From positions 1 through 40,330 of the forward strand of contig JAGYMN010000002.1 in assembly GCA_018400395.1 (NCBI GenBank): a stretch of DNA of 40,330 nucleotides. Reading direction: 5' to 3'. The position numbers and the translations under genes were made by a program. The notes under the pieces are model-generated. The model did no database searches and was not told the origin of the DNA. It worked only from the letters and a program-made list of their open reading frames with translations. The first letter of the stretch is position 1. Each line of letters opens with the position of its first letter. Source of the stretch: Actinomycetota bacterium. Its GTDB lineage: Bacteria; Actinomycetota; Humimicrobiia; Humimicrobiales; Humimicrobiaceae. Positions 26,286 through 35,382 of the stretch are shown piece by piece.

Positions 26286-26876
26286 ATGCCCGAGAACGAA
26301 AGTATTGCAGATGCCGTGGATTCGTACGTTTCTTCACTCGAAAAGGAAGAGGAAGACGGGGAGCTGCTGGAAAATAATGTAAAAAAAACAGAAAATAAAG
26401 AATATAAATATGAAAAAATATCAGGACTTACCGGTATTGCAAAGATAGTAAAAGATGCAATAGAGATGATATGCCTGGGTGAAAAAGTAAAAGTTAACAC
26501 GGATGTGGAAGGTAATAGAATATCTGTACAGGGGGATGACCTGGGAATAGCAATAGGACGTAATGGAAAAAACATGGCAGAACTTGAATATCTTGTAAAT
26601 CTTATAGGCAGGAGAAAGAATTTGATTGATAGAAAGATAACACTTGATATTAAGGATTATAGAAAGAACAGGATAGAGAAAATAACAAAGACTGCAACAA
26701 GAATGGCCCGGAAAGCAATAAGAGAGGGAAGAAAAATAGCACTAAAACCAATGTGTTCCTATGAACGGAAGATCATACATGATGCTCTTTCAAAATTCAA
26801 GGATGTAAGGACAAAAAGCAGGGATGAGGAACCCTATAGAAGGATTATAATATATCCTCTTAAAGGGATAAAATAG
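26286..26876 (+). CDS. jag: Jag/KhpB-type RNA-binding protein (KH plus R3H domains)
   Basis: 196 aa. A KH-like GIAIGRNGKNMAELEYLVN is followed by the R3H motif ERKIIHDALSKFKDVRTKSRDEEPYRRIIIYP. It occupies the conserved position after yidC. Confidence 0.85.
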   Translation: MPENESIADAVDSYVSSLEKEEEDGELLENNVKKTENKEYKYEKISGLTGIAKIVKDAIEMICLGEKVKVNTDVEGNRISVQGDDLGIAIGRNGKNMAELEYLVNLIGRRKNLIDRKITLDIKDYRKNRIEKITKTATRMARKAIREGRKIALKPMCSYERKIIHDALSKFKDVRTKSRDEEPYRRIIIYPLKGIK

Positions 26877-26904
26877 AAATATAAATAGGGGCAATAAGTG
26901 AAAT

Positions 26905-26929
26905 AAATGGCACTCCGGTGCCATTTTTT
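26905..26929 (+). terminator. Rho-independent terminator after jag
   Basis: AAATGGCAC-TCCG-GTGCCATTT is a 9-bp stem with a 4-nt loop, running into a T tract (TTTTTT). Confidence 0.7.
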
Positions 26930-26930
26930 A

Positions 26931-26960
26931 TTGCAATGTATAAAATTTTTTAAATATAAT
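26931..26960 (+). promoter_or_regulatory. candidate promoter for mnmE (TTGCAA-18 nt-TATAAT)
   Basis: Hexamers read directly at 26931-26936 and 26955-26960, immediately after the terminator and 30 nt before the mnmE ATG. Confidence 0.4.
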
Positions 26961-26989
26961 AAAGTCCTAAGTATTAAAAAGGACAAAAA

Positions 26990-28375
26990 ATGAGAAACAG
27001 CATTAAAGACACAATAGCTGCTATAAGTACTAAGGCGGGAGAAGCTGCTATCGGAATAGTAAAGATCAGTGGAAGTAGGTCACTTGACATAGTGGGCAGG
27101 ATATTCAGGGCTAAGAATAAAAAGAAGATTAAGGATCAGAAGACTTACACAATAATTTACGGTACGATAGAGGACAGCAAAAAAACCTGCATCGACGAGG
27201 CAATAGTATCTGTTATGAAGGCCCCTCATTCATATACAAAAGAGGATGTAGTTGAGATAAACTGCCATGGAGGGATAGCAGCAACGGCAAAAGTCCTGGA
27301 ATTAGTAACCGAAGCAGGCGCAAGACTATCGGAACCGGGTGAATTTACAAAAAGGGCTTTTCTAAACGGAAGAATAGACCTCACACAGGCGGAAGCCGTT
27401 ATAGATATAATAAATTCAAAAACGGAACAGAGCCTGAGAATAGCTGCGAACAATCTTAAAGGCAATATAAAAGACGAGATAGGAAAACTGAAAGAAGGGA
27501 TACTTGAGGTACTTGCACAGCTTGAGGCATCGGTAGATTTTGTTGAAGAGGACCTCAATATAACACCGGTGGAGATGCTTATAAAAAAAATAATTGAGAT
27601 TAAGAAGAAGACAAAAAGACTGCTGGAAGATGCAGAAAAAGGTAATATCATAAAAAACGGGATAAAAGCTGCAATAGTAGGAAAACCAAATGTAGGAAAA
27701 TCGAGCATATTGAACCTGCTTTCGAAAAAAGAAAAAGCGATAGTAACAGAGATTCCAGGGACAACAAGGGATGCAATCGAGGAAATATTATTTTTGGGGG
27801 GCATACCTCTTATACTGGTTGATACAGCAGGGATAAGAAATACAAAGAATAAAATAGAAAAGATAGGGGTAGAAAAGAGTCTTAAGCATATAGACGAAGC
27901 AGAACTGGTAATAATGGTACTGGACGGAAGCAGGGAATTTGAAAAAATCGACAGCGATATAATAAAAAGGATTGAGAAAAAAATTGTAATATGCTGTATC
28001 AACAAAAAGGATTTAAAGCAAAATATAAATATAGACAGCATAAAAGGGAAATTCCCTGCTGAAAATATAATAAAAATATCAGCGCTGAAAAGGCAGGGGA
28101 TAGAAAGATTGGAAAAGAAAATAAGAAAGATTGTAATGGATGGAGAGACAGATCTGAATGAAGCAATAATAATAAATACAAGGCATAAGAATATTATAAA
28201 AAAGGTTAACAGTCTATTAAAAAAGGCAGAAGATGCCATGAAACAGGGATTTTCGGAAGAGTTTCCTTCGGCTGACCTTAAAATTGCATATAACTTACTT
28301 GGAGAGATTACGGGAGATACGGGGGATGATGATGTTTTAAATAAAATATTTGAAAATTTCTGCATAGGAAAATAA
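26990..28375 (+). CDS. mnmE: tRNA uridine-5-carboxymethylaminomethyl modification GTPase MnmE
   Basis: 461 aa. G1 motif GKPNVGKSS, G3 motif DTAGIR, and the C-terminal FCIGK tetrapeptide motif typical of MnmE/TrmE. Confidence 0.95.
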   Translation: MRNSIKDTIAAISTKAGEAAIGIVKISGSRSLDIVGRIFRAKNKKKIKDQKTYTIIYGTIEDSKKTCIDEAIVSVMKAPHSYTKEDVVEINCHGGIAATAKVLELVTEAGARLSEPGEFTKRAFLNGRIDLTQAEAVIDIINSKTEQSLRIAANNLKGNIKDEIGKLKEGILEVLAQLEASVDFVEEDLNITPVEMLIKKIIEIKKKTKRLLEDAEKGNIIKNGIKAAIVGKPNVGKSSILNLLSKKEKAIVTEIPGTTRDAIEEILFLGGIPLILVDTAGIRNTKNKIEKIGVEKSLKHIDEAELVIMVLDGSREFEKIDSDIIKRIEKKIVICCINKKDLKQNINIDSIKGKFPAENIIKISALKRQGIERLEKKIRKIVMDGETDLNEAIIINTRHKNIIKKVNSLLKKAEDAMKQGFSEEFPSADLKIAYNLLGEITGDTGDDDVLNKIFENFCIGK

Positions 28376-28417
28376 AAGATTGTCAAAAAACAACATTATT
28401 GGAGAAAATGGCGTAAT

Positions 28418-28433
28418 TGTTTCACGTGAAACA
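28418..28433. promoter_or_regulatory. parS: parS centromere-like site (perfect TGTTTCACGTGAAACA)
   Basis: Exact match to the ParB/Spo0J binding consensus tGTTnCACGTGAAACa. The palindrome extends to 20 bp (ATTGTTTCACGTGAAACAAT, 28416-28435). parA and parB are encoded about 4 kb downstream. Confidence 0.85.
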
Positions 28434-28448
28434 ATATAATGAGATTAT

Positions 28449-29513
28449 ATGAACGAAATATATAAATATGAAGTGGTGGTAATAGGAGGAGGTTTTGCAG
28501 GCAGCCAGGCAGCTATGTCCTCTGCAGGAAATGGTGCGAAAACTCTTATAATAACAATAAATATGGATAGCATAGCAGTGATGCCGTTTGGAAATATTAT
28601 AGGAAGTGATAAAAATAAATATATTATAAAAAGGCTGGAGAATTTTAATAGCGTGATCCCTGAAGTAATTAGAGATATAAGCTTGATAGAGATAAAAGAA
28701 TGCGCGGATATAAACAGGGATGTAATCGGAGGGAGAGTAGTAGATAAAAAAAGATATTCACTTAAGGTCAAGGAATTGCTGGAAAAAACTGAAAGACTTG
28801 ATACAAGACAGGGCCTTGTTACTGATATTATAAAAAAACAGGGTGGTTACGAAGTTATTACAAGTGATCAAGTAAAATACAGCACGGAGGCCGTGATTAT
28901 ATGTCCGGGTACTTTTTTAAACTCAGAGATATTCTGGGGAGAAAACAGGGTAGATGCTGGAAGAATTGGAGAGATAAGGTCTTTGAGGCTGTACAAAAAT
29001 ATGGAAAATAAAGGTTTTAAATTCAGAAATACCTGTGTATATACAGGTCCGGAAGTTGACAGCAAGACTATAAATGAAAGAAGCAGAGGGATTAAAAAGG
29101 TAGAAGGTAAAAAAAACCGGTATTATATATCATTTATTGGAGAAGATTATTTTAAATCCGGGGATTTATTAAAAAATAAGAAATTTTTTTTATTACCGGG
29201 GGGAGCCGATACCGGGGAAATGTATGTACATGGCTTTGAAAACAGCTTTTCTGAAGAATTACAGATAAAAATACTGAGGAATTATGGAGGCCTTGGGAAA
29301 GTAGCGATTACAAGACCGGGATACGGTATAAGATACGGGGTATTATCCAGCCCGCAGGTAAGCAAGTCCCTTGAGTGCGGAAAATTTAAAGGAATGTTTT
29401 TTGCAGGAAGAATAAATGGGACAGATACATACGAACAATCACTTATTCAGGGAATGGTAGCAGGAGTAAATGCATACCGGAGGATAAGGGGCCATGAACT
29501 CGAGGAAATATAA
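28449..29513 (+). CDS. truncated, divergent MnmG/GidA paralog (FAD-binding domain only)
   Basis: 354 aa. It is clearly alignable to the adjacent MnmG: VVVIGGGFAGSQAA vs VVGGGHGGCEAA; TLIITINMDSIAVMPFGNIIG vs TLLITINIDRIALMPCNPAIGG; GTFLNSEIFWGENRVDAGRIGE vs GTFLRGRIIIGKKDYNAGRMGE; ITRPGYGIRYG...FFAGRINGTDTYEQSLIQGMVAGVNA vs IIRPGYAVEYD...YFAGQILGTSGYEEAAAQGFIAGVNA. It lacks the roughly 200-aa C-terminal helical domain. Confidence 0.8.
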   Translation: MNEIYKYEVVVIGGGFAGSQAAMSSAGNGAKTLIITINMDSIAVMPFGNIIGSDKNKYIIKRLENFNSVIPEVIRDISLIEIKECADINRDVIGGRVVDKKRYSLKVKELLEKTERLDTRQGLVTDIIKKQGGYEVITSDQVKYSTEAVIICPGTFLNSEIFWGENRVDAGRIGEIRSLRLYKNMENKGFKFRNTCVYTGPEVDSKTINERSRGIKKVEGKKNRYYISFIGEDYFKSGDLLKNKKFFLLPGGADTGEMYVHGFENSFSEELQIKILRNYGGLGKVAITRPGYGIRYGVLSSPQVSKSLECGKFKGMFFAGRINGTDTYEQSLIQGMVAGVNAYRRIRGHELEEI

Positions 29514-29557
29514 ATGCAATGGTTTATTGGTGTTATGTAGATCAAAAGATGTATAAT

Positions 29558-29573
29558 TGTTTCACGTGAAACA
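29558..29573. promoter_or_regulatory. parS: parS centromere-like site (perfect TGTTTCACGTGAAACA)
   Basis: Second exact 16-bp parS. It shares a 20-nt identical block, TAATTGTTTCACGTGAAACA, with the first copy. TATAAT (29552-29557) abuts it. Confidence 0.85.
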
Positions 29574-29602
29574 TTATGAATATACTAAAAGAAAGAAGCA
29601 GT

Positions 29603-31477
29603 ATGTATGATCTGATAGTTGTCGGTGGCGGCCATGGCGGCTGTGAAGCAGCACTTGCTGCTGCAAGGATGGGCCTGTATACACTGCTAATAACTATTAA
29701 TATTGACAGGATTGCTCTTATGCCATGCAATCCTGCAATAGGAGGACTGGGCAAAAGCCAGCTGGTCAGAGAGATAGATGCTATGGGAGGCCAGATGGCA
29801 AAGACAGCGGATAGGACAATACTTCAGATCAAGACATTAAATAAAAGCAAAGGACCGGCAGTTCAGGCATTGAGAGCGCAGATTGATAAAAAAGAGTACG
29901 AAATAGAGATGAAAAAAGTCCTGGAAAAAACTGAGGGTCTGGAGTTGAGGCAGGGTATTGTAGATAAAATTTTAATTAAAGATGGCAGAGCCGCCGGTGT
30001 TCGAATAGAAAGCGGACCAGGTTTTTTTTCAAAATCGGTAGTAGTAACAGCGGGAACATTTTTAAGGGGAAGGATAATAATCGGTAAAAAAGACTATAAT
30101 GCAGGAAGAATGGGAGAATACCCCGCTATGGACCTTACAGAAAATCTCAGAAAAATAGGGTTTGAAATAGACAGGTTTCAAACAGCAACACCTCCCAGGA
30201 TAGACAAAAGGACTATAGATTTTTCAGGGACCATTATACAGGAAGGAGATAGAGAGCCTTTGAGCTTCTCTTTCTGGGATGAAGAAAAAATACATAATGA
30301 TTTACCGTGTTATCTTACATATACAAACAGAAAAACACATGATGTGATAGCCCGCAATATAGAATCGTCACCCATAAAAAGCGGCATGGTGGAAACACAT
30401 GGACCGAGGCACTGTCCCTCAATAGATAGAAAAGTTATAAATTTCCCTGAAAAATCCAGACATCCGGTATTTATAGAACCCGAAGGAGCAGTTACAAACG
30501 AAATGTATCTTCAGGGCCTTACCACAAGTATGCCTGCAGAGATACAACAGGAGATAGTAAATACTGTAGAAGGTCTTGAAAATGCAAGGATTATAAGGCC
30601 CGGATATGCTGTTGAGTATGATTATGTTATACCTGATCAGTTTAAATTGACTCTTGAATCGAAAAGAGTGCCGAATCTTTATTTTGCCGGCCAGATACTT
30701 GGAACTTCAGGTTATGAAGAAGCCGCAGCCCAGGGTTTTATAGCAGGAGTAAATGCAGCTCTGAAAATAAAGAAACGCAGGCCTCTCATACTGACAAGGG
30801 ACAGCAGCTATATAGGAGTTTTAATAGACGATCTCCTTACAAAGGAACTAACAGAGCCATACAGGATGTATACTTCAAGAGCTGAATACAGATTGATATT
30901 AAGATCAGATAATGCAGATATAAGAATGGCCGCTTACGGCAAAAGAATAGGGCTGATAACAGACCGGGAATACGAGATGGTCATAAAAAAGAGTGAAAGG
31001 GTCAGCAACCTGATTTCCAGGTTGAAGAATATCAGGGTTAACCCCTCGGATGAGAACAACAAAAAACTTAAGCTTCTAAAAACACCCGGAATAGTTGGTT
31101 CAACAAATGTATATCATCTTTTAAAAAGGCCCGAGACCTCCGCCGGTGATCTAATTGAGGTGTTTGATAGCGATAATGGGTCTTATGATAAAAAAGTAAT
31201 CAAGCAGGCTGAAATAAGTATTAAATATAAAGGATATATTAATAGACAGCTTGCAGAAGTAAAGAAGCTTTCCGGCCTGGAAAGATTTAATCTCCCGGAC
31301 TGGCTGGACTATTTTTCAATAAAAGGACTTACATATGAAGCCAGGGAAAAATTGAGCAGGGTAAGGCCCAATACAGTGGGTCAGGCCTCAAGGATAGCAG
31401 GCATATCCCCTGCGGATATTTCCGTTCTAATGATGGTTATAAAACAGAGGGCATTACAGAGAGTCAGAAGTGGATAG
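29603..31477 (+). CDS. mnmG: tRNA uridine 5-carboxymethylaminomethyl modification enzyme MnmG (GidA)
   Basis: Full-length protein of about 624 aa from MYDLIVVGGGHGGCEAA (the ORF is open to an ATG at 29576). It has MPCNPAIGG, GPRHCPSID, FAGQILGTSGYEEAAAQG and the C-terminal MnmE-interaction domain. Confidence 0.95.
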   Translation: MYDLIVVGGGHGGCEAALAAARMGLYTLLITINIDRIALMPCNPAIGGLGKSQLVREIDAMGGQMAKTADRTILQIKTLNKSKGPAVQALRAQIDKKEYEIEMKKVLEKTEGLELRQGIVDKILIKDGRAAGVRIESGPGFFSKSVVVTAGTFLRGRIIIGKKDYNAGRMGEYPAMDLTENLRKIGFEIDRFQTATPPRIDKRTIDFSGTIIQEGDREPLSFSFWDEEKIHNDLPCYLTYTNRKTHDVIARNIESSPIKSGMVETHGPRHCPSIDRKVINFPEKSRHPVFIEPEGAVTNEMYLQGLTTSMPAEIQQEIVNTVEGLENARIIRPGYAVEYDYVIPDQFKLTLESKRVPNLYFAGQILGTSGYEEAAAQGFIAGVNAALKIKKRRPLILTRDSSYIGVLIDDLLTKELTEPYRMYTSRAEYRLILRSDNADIRMAAYGKRIGLITDREYEMVIKKSERVSNLISRLKNIRVNPSDENNKKLKLLKTPGIVGSTNVYHLLKRPETSAGDLIEVFDSDNGSYDKKVIKQAEISIKYKGYINRQLAEVKKLSGLERFNLPDWLDYFSIKGLTYEAREKLSRVRPNTVGQASRIAGISPADISVLMMVIKQRALQRVRSG

Positions 31478-32219
31478 CAGAAAATTATTGGCAGAGTCGC
31501 TCAGGGAAATGAATATAAGAGCAAGCCTGGGGCAGATTGATAAACTGGTTGAATTTAATGAACTGGTTTATGAAAATAACAAATATACCAATCTTATTGG
31601 TAGGACAGAAAAAGAAAATATTATAAAAAGGCATATCCTGGATTCTGCTTCACTCCTATCCAATTCAGATATTCTTTTCCGTGATGTGGATAAAGACAAT
31701 TTTAAAATGATAGATATAGGCACCGGCGGGGGATTTCCGGGCATACCCCTGGCTATACTTCTTAATGGGTCAAAAGTTTTTCTTCTTGAAAAGTCAAAAA
31801 AAAAGGTAGAGTTTCTTCTATTTGCGATAGATAAATTATCTCTTACAAATGTTAGCATTTTAAACGGAAGAGCTGAAGAAATTGCCAGGCTTGAAGGGTA
31901 CAGGGAAAATTTTGAAATTGTTACCGCAAGGGCAGTTACAAAATTCAATATTCTTTTGGAACTTTCCATTCCATTTTGCAGTATAAATGGTAGAATTATA
32001 TTCTATAAGAGCAGTAAGGTAATTCGTGATATTGAAGCCGGTTATGATGCAATAAAAATGCTTGGGGGGACCATAGATAGACTAATAGATGTAAATGTTG
32101 AGGGACTGGAAGAATACAGAGCATTACTTGTACTGAAGAAAGTAAGGAAAACGCCTGAAAGATACCCGAGAATATTTGCACAAATAAAAAAATACCCATT
32201 AAAGTTAAAATATAAATGA
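31470..32219 (+). CDS. rsmG: 16S rRNA (guanine527-N7)-methyltransferase RsmG (GidB)
   Basis: 249 aa. SAM motif DIGTGGGFPGIPLAI, then the ...VTARAV motif. The GTG start overlaps the mnmG stop by 8 nt. Confidence 0.9.
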   Translation: MDSRKLLAESLREMNIRASLGQIDKLVEFNELVYENNKYTNLIGRTEKENIIKRHILDSASLLSNSDILFRDVDKDNFKMIDIGTGGGFPGIPLAILLNGSKVFLLEKSKKKVEFLLFAIDKLSLTNVSILNGRAEEIARLEGYRENFEIVTARAVTKFNILLELSIPFCSINGRIIFYKSSKVIRDIEAGYDAIKMLGGTIDRLIDVNVEGLEEYRALLVLKKVRKTPERYPRIFAQIKKYPLKLKYK

Positions 32220-32239
32220 TTAATTACATAATTAAGTAA

Positions 32240-33070
32240 ATGTATGAGGCAGAAATGGAACTAGCGGGTGTAACTTCTTCTGAAGAAAACAGTAACCGGG
32301 TAATTAAACATGGAAGGGTAATTGCTATAACAAATCAAAAAGGCGGTGTTGGTAAAAGTACAACCGCTGTTAATATATCTGCCTATATGAGCTCATACGG
32401 ATACCGGACACTGCTTATTGACCTTGATCCGCAGAGTAATTCGACCAGCGGCATGGGAGTAAGTTCTAAAGATATAGAGAATTCTGTATACGAAGTTATT
32501 ATAAATGATCTTGATCCCCATGACGCAATAATAAAAACAAGATATGATAATCTTTATATACTGCCGTCTTCAATTCAGCTTGCTGGTGCCGAAGTAGAAC
32601 TTGTAACCATCCTGAAACGCGAATACCGCCTTTTGGCGGCAGTAAAAAAGATCGAAAATGAATATGATTTTATAATAATAGACTGCCCGCCAGCCCTGGG
32701 ACTTTTAACAATAAATGCACTTACTTCTGCAAGGGAAGTCATAATCCCTATTCAGTGTGAGTATTATGCTCTTGAAGGGCTTGGCCAGCTTCTTAATACA
32801 ATAGAGCTGGTTAAGAAAAATCTTAATGAGGAACTGGAAATAAGCGGCGTAATAATGACAATGTATGATCCAAGGACAAGGCTGGGAGAGCAGGTCATCG
32901 ATGAGGTAAAGAACTTTTTTGAAAATAAGGTTTACAGGACTATAATACCGCGGAATGTAAGACTGGGAGAAGCCCCCAGCTACGGTAAGCCGATAATAGA
33001 CTATGACCCGGGATGCAAGGGGGCGGAAGCATATAATAATTTTACAAAGGAAGTGATAGGCAATGGCTAG
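32240..33070 (+). CDS. parA: chromosome partitioning ATPase ParA/Soj
   Basis: Deviant Walker A ITNQKGGVGKSTTAVN, plus IIIDCPPALG. An alternative ATG at 32255 has GAGG 5 nt upstream. Confidence 0.9.
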   Translation: MYEAEMELAGVTSSEENSNRVIKHGRVIAITNQKGGVGKSTTAVNISAYMSSYGYRTLLIDLDPQSNSTSGMGVSSKDIENSVYEVIINDLDPHDAIIKTRYDNLYILPSSIQLAGAEVELVTILKREYRLLAAVKKIENEYDFIIIDCPPALGLLTINALTSAREVIIPIQCEYYALEGLGQLLNTIELVKKNLNEELEISGVIMTMYDPRTRLGEQVIDEVKNFFENKVYRTIIPRNVRLGEAPSYGKPIIDYDPGCKGAEAYNNFTKEVIGNG

Positions 33071-33935
33071 GAGAGGTTTGGGGAGAGGCCTGGATGCCCT
33101 GATTCCCGGTACTGACAGGACCCGGGAGGCAGAAGGGGAAAAAGGCAGGGAAAGGGTGGTCGAACTGAAACTGGATGTAATAGTACCAAACAGGAACCAG
33201 CCGAGATCAAGTTTTAATGATGATACCCTTGATGGGCTTGCTGAATCAATAAAGGAGTTTGGGTTACTTCAGCCTATAATAGTAAGAAAGGTCGATAATG
33301 AGGATAGATATGAGATAATTGCAGGGGAGCGGAGATATAGGGCAACCAGAAAAACAGGCCTTGGCACCATACCTGCCATTGTAGTGGATGATGTAGACGA
33401 TACATCAGCGCTGGAGATGGCGCTGATTGAAAACATACACAGGGATAACCTGAGACCGATTGAACAGGCCTGCTGCTATAAGCAGCTAATAGAAGAATTT
33501 GATATAACTCACCAGGAATTATCAAAAAGGATAGGAAAGAGCAGGGCTGCGATAACTAATTCATTAAGGCTGCTCTCACTGCCGCTTGAAATACAAAAAC
33601 TTCTTGATGACGGCTACATAAGCGAGGGCCATGCAAGAGCGGTACTGGGAATAGAGACCATGGAGGAGCAGATAAGGGCAGCCAAAAAGATTGCAGAAAA
33701 AGGTATGAGCGTGAGAGAAGCAGAAAAATTTGTGGAAAGAAAAAAGCAGTCAGGCACTACTTCTGTTCAAAAAGAAACTCTGCAGTTTAGCAGGACACCC
33801 GATGTCTCAGGCAGGCTTTCTGATTACCTGGGTTCGCCTGTAAGCATAACAATGGGAAGAAAGAAAGGCAGAATAAGTATTGAATTCAGATCAACAGGAG
33901 AACTGGAAAGGATAGTGCAAAAAATAGTTGGATAG
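33063..33935 (+). CDS. parB: chromosome partitioning protein ParB/Spo0J
   Basis: 290 aa. N-terminal RGLGRGLDALI, arginine patch/CTP-binding box GERRYRA, and HTH QELSKRIGKSRAAITNSLRLL. Confidence 0.9.
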   Translation: MARRGLGRGLDALIPGTDRTREAEGEKGRERVVELKLDVIVPNRNQPRSSFNDDTLDGLAESIKEFGLLQPIIVRKVDNEDRYEIIAGERRYRATRKTGLGTIPAIVVDDVDDTSALEMALIENIHRDNLRPIEQACCYKQLIEEFDITHQELSKRIGKSRAAITNSLRLLSLPLEIQKLLDDGYISEGHARAVLGIETMEEQIRAAKKIAEKGMSVREAEKFVERKKQSGTTSVQKETLQFSRTPDVSGRLSDYLGSPVSITMGRKKGRISIEFRSTGELERIVQKIVG

Positions 33936-34806
33936 AAAACCTCCATGGCTCAAAAAGAAGATAAGTCTTGATAATTCGAATATATCAATTGTAAAAAATC
34001 TTATAGATTCCGGGCACCTGCACACCGTCTGCCAGAGTGCAAAATGTCCAAATATTTTTGAATGTTTCAGCAGAAAGACTGCTACATTTATGCTCATGGG
34101 AGATATATGTACCAGAAACTGCGCATTCTGCGGAATAGAAAGCGGCAAGCCCGGACCACTGGATAAATCTGAGCCTGATAAAATTGCAGAAGCGATAAAA
34201 GAGATGGGGCTGCGGTATGCAGTAATAACTTCTGTAACCAGAGACGACCTTGCCGATGGCGGAGCGTCCCATTTCTACGAAACTGTAAGGAGAATAAAAG
34301 AATTGAATCCGGGCGTGAGAGTAGAATGCCTTATACCGGATTTCAGGGGGGATAAAGAAAGCCTTGAAAAAGTAATATCATCTGGACTGGATGTACTAAA
34401 TCATAATATTGAAACGATTGAAGATAATTATTCACATGTGAGAAAAGGTGCGGAATATAACCGCTCTTTGAAAGTGTTAAATGACGCCAAAGATATAAAA
34501 GCCGGTATGTTAACAAAGTCAGGTTTCATGGTAGGACTGGGAGAGAACATGGACCAGATAGTAAAACTTATGGAAGACCTGATAGAAAACAGGGTTGATA
34601 TATTAACTGTAGGGCAGTATCTTCAACCCTCACCGGAAAATATCGAAGTTTCAAAATACTATAGGCCGGAGGAATTTGACAGGATAAAAGAAGTAGCCCT
34701 GGATATGGGTTTTCTATCTGTCGAGTCCGGGCCTTTTGTCCGGTCATCTTACCGCGCGGAAGCTGTGCTTGACAGGGCTTTAATGCAAAGGCAAATAAAT
34801 TTATAG
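33928..34806 (+). CDS. lipA: lipoyl synthase
   Basis: 292 aa. Auxiliary cluster CQSAKCPNIFEC and radical-SAM motif CTRNCAFC. The TTG start overlaps the parB stop. Confidence 0.9.
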   Translation: MDRKPPWLKKKISLDNSNISIVKNLIDSGHLHTVCQSAKCPNIFECFSRKTATFMLMGDICTRNCAFCGIESGKPGPLDKSEPDKIAEAIKEMGLRYAVITSVTRDDLADGGASHFYETVRRIKELNPGVRVECLIPDFRGDKESLEKVISSGLDVLNHNIETIEDNYSHVRKGAEYNRSLKVLNDAKDIKAGMLTKSGFMVGLGENMDQIVKLMEDLIENRVDILTVGQYLQPSPENIEVSKYYRPEEFDRIKEVALDMGFLSVESGPFVRSSYRAEAVLDRALMQRQINL

Positions 34807-34819
34807 ATTAATCCTTGCT

Positions 34820-35245
34820 ATGAAGGGCACATACTGCCTCCTGATCAGATGTTGTAAAAATATTGAAAAATCTATAGGAAAGCTGGGTATTATTAGATTT
34901 GCCCGGGGCTACTATTTCTATATAGGTTCAGGGCTGAACAATATGGAAAAAAGGCTATCAAGGCATCTGTTAAAAAGAAAAAATAAATTCTGGCATATAG
35001 ACTACCTGACCTGTGACAGCAATATCTCTATAGAAAAAATATATGTTATTGAAGATCCGGCAAGACTTGAATGCATAAAGGCTGAAGAATTTGCAGAAGT
35101 GCTGGAATCTGTTCCAGGGTTTGGTTCTTCGGACTGCCACTGCAGAAGTCATTTGTTCTATTCAAAAGAGAAAAGAGATATATTATATCTGGAAAAGCAT
35201 GTTGTATTAAAATCAGGTTTCAAACCCTACAGGAGACTTATTTAG
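34820..35245 (+). CDS. DUF123-type GIY-YIG superfamily nuclease-like protein
   Basis: 141 aa. GTYCLLI...GYYFYIGSG...RLSRH...FWHIDYL...GFGSSDCHCRSHLFY reproduces the DUF123 signature, a family mostly seen in archaea. Confidence 0.75.
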   Translation: MKGTYCLLIRCCKNIEKSIGKLGIIRFARGYYFYIGSGLNNMEKRLSRHLLKRKNKFWHIDYLTCDSNISIEKIYVIEDPARLECIKAEEFAEVLESVPGFGSSDCHCRSHLFYSKEKRDILYLEKHVVLKSGFKPYRRLI

Positions 35246-35382
35246 CGCGGCAACGGTATTGTCAATTTTTGAAATGATGTATAAGGATTAATTATAAGCA
35301 GAAAATTTTTCGGTTATTTTATATATATGATATATATGGAAAGAAATCTTATCGATTAAAATCTTAAGCAGGGGAGTATAAT

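Noticed and set aside
27226-28386. Long antisense ORFs inside well-supported genes: 386 aa opposite mnmE, 272 aa opposite fdhA (14095-14913), 158 aa opposite yidC/jag (26099-26575), and 192 aa opposite dnaA (22190-22768).
   Set aside because: Their translations are low-complexity (Ser/Phe/Ile/Leu-rich) mirror images of purine-rich sense codons. They have no motifs and fully overlap genes with strong homology signatures.
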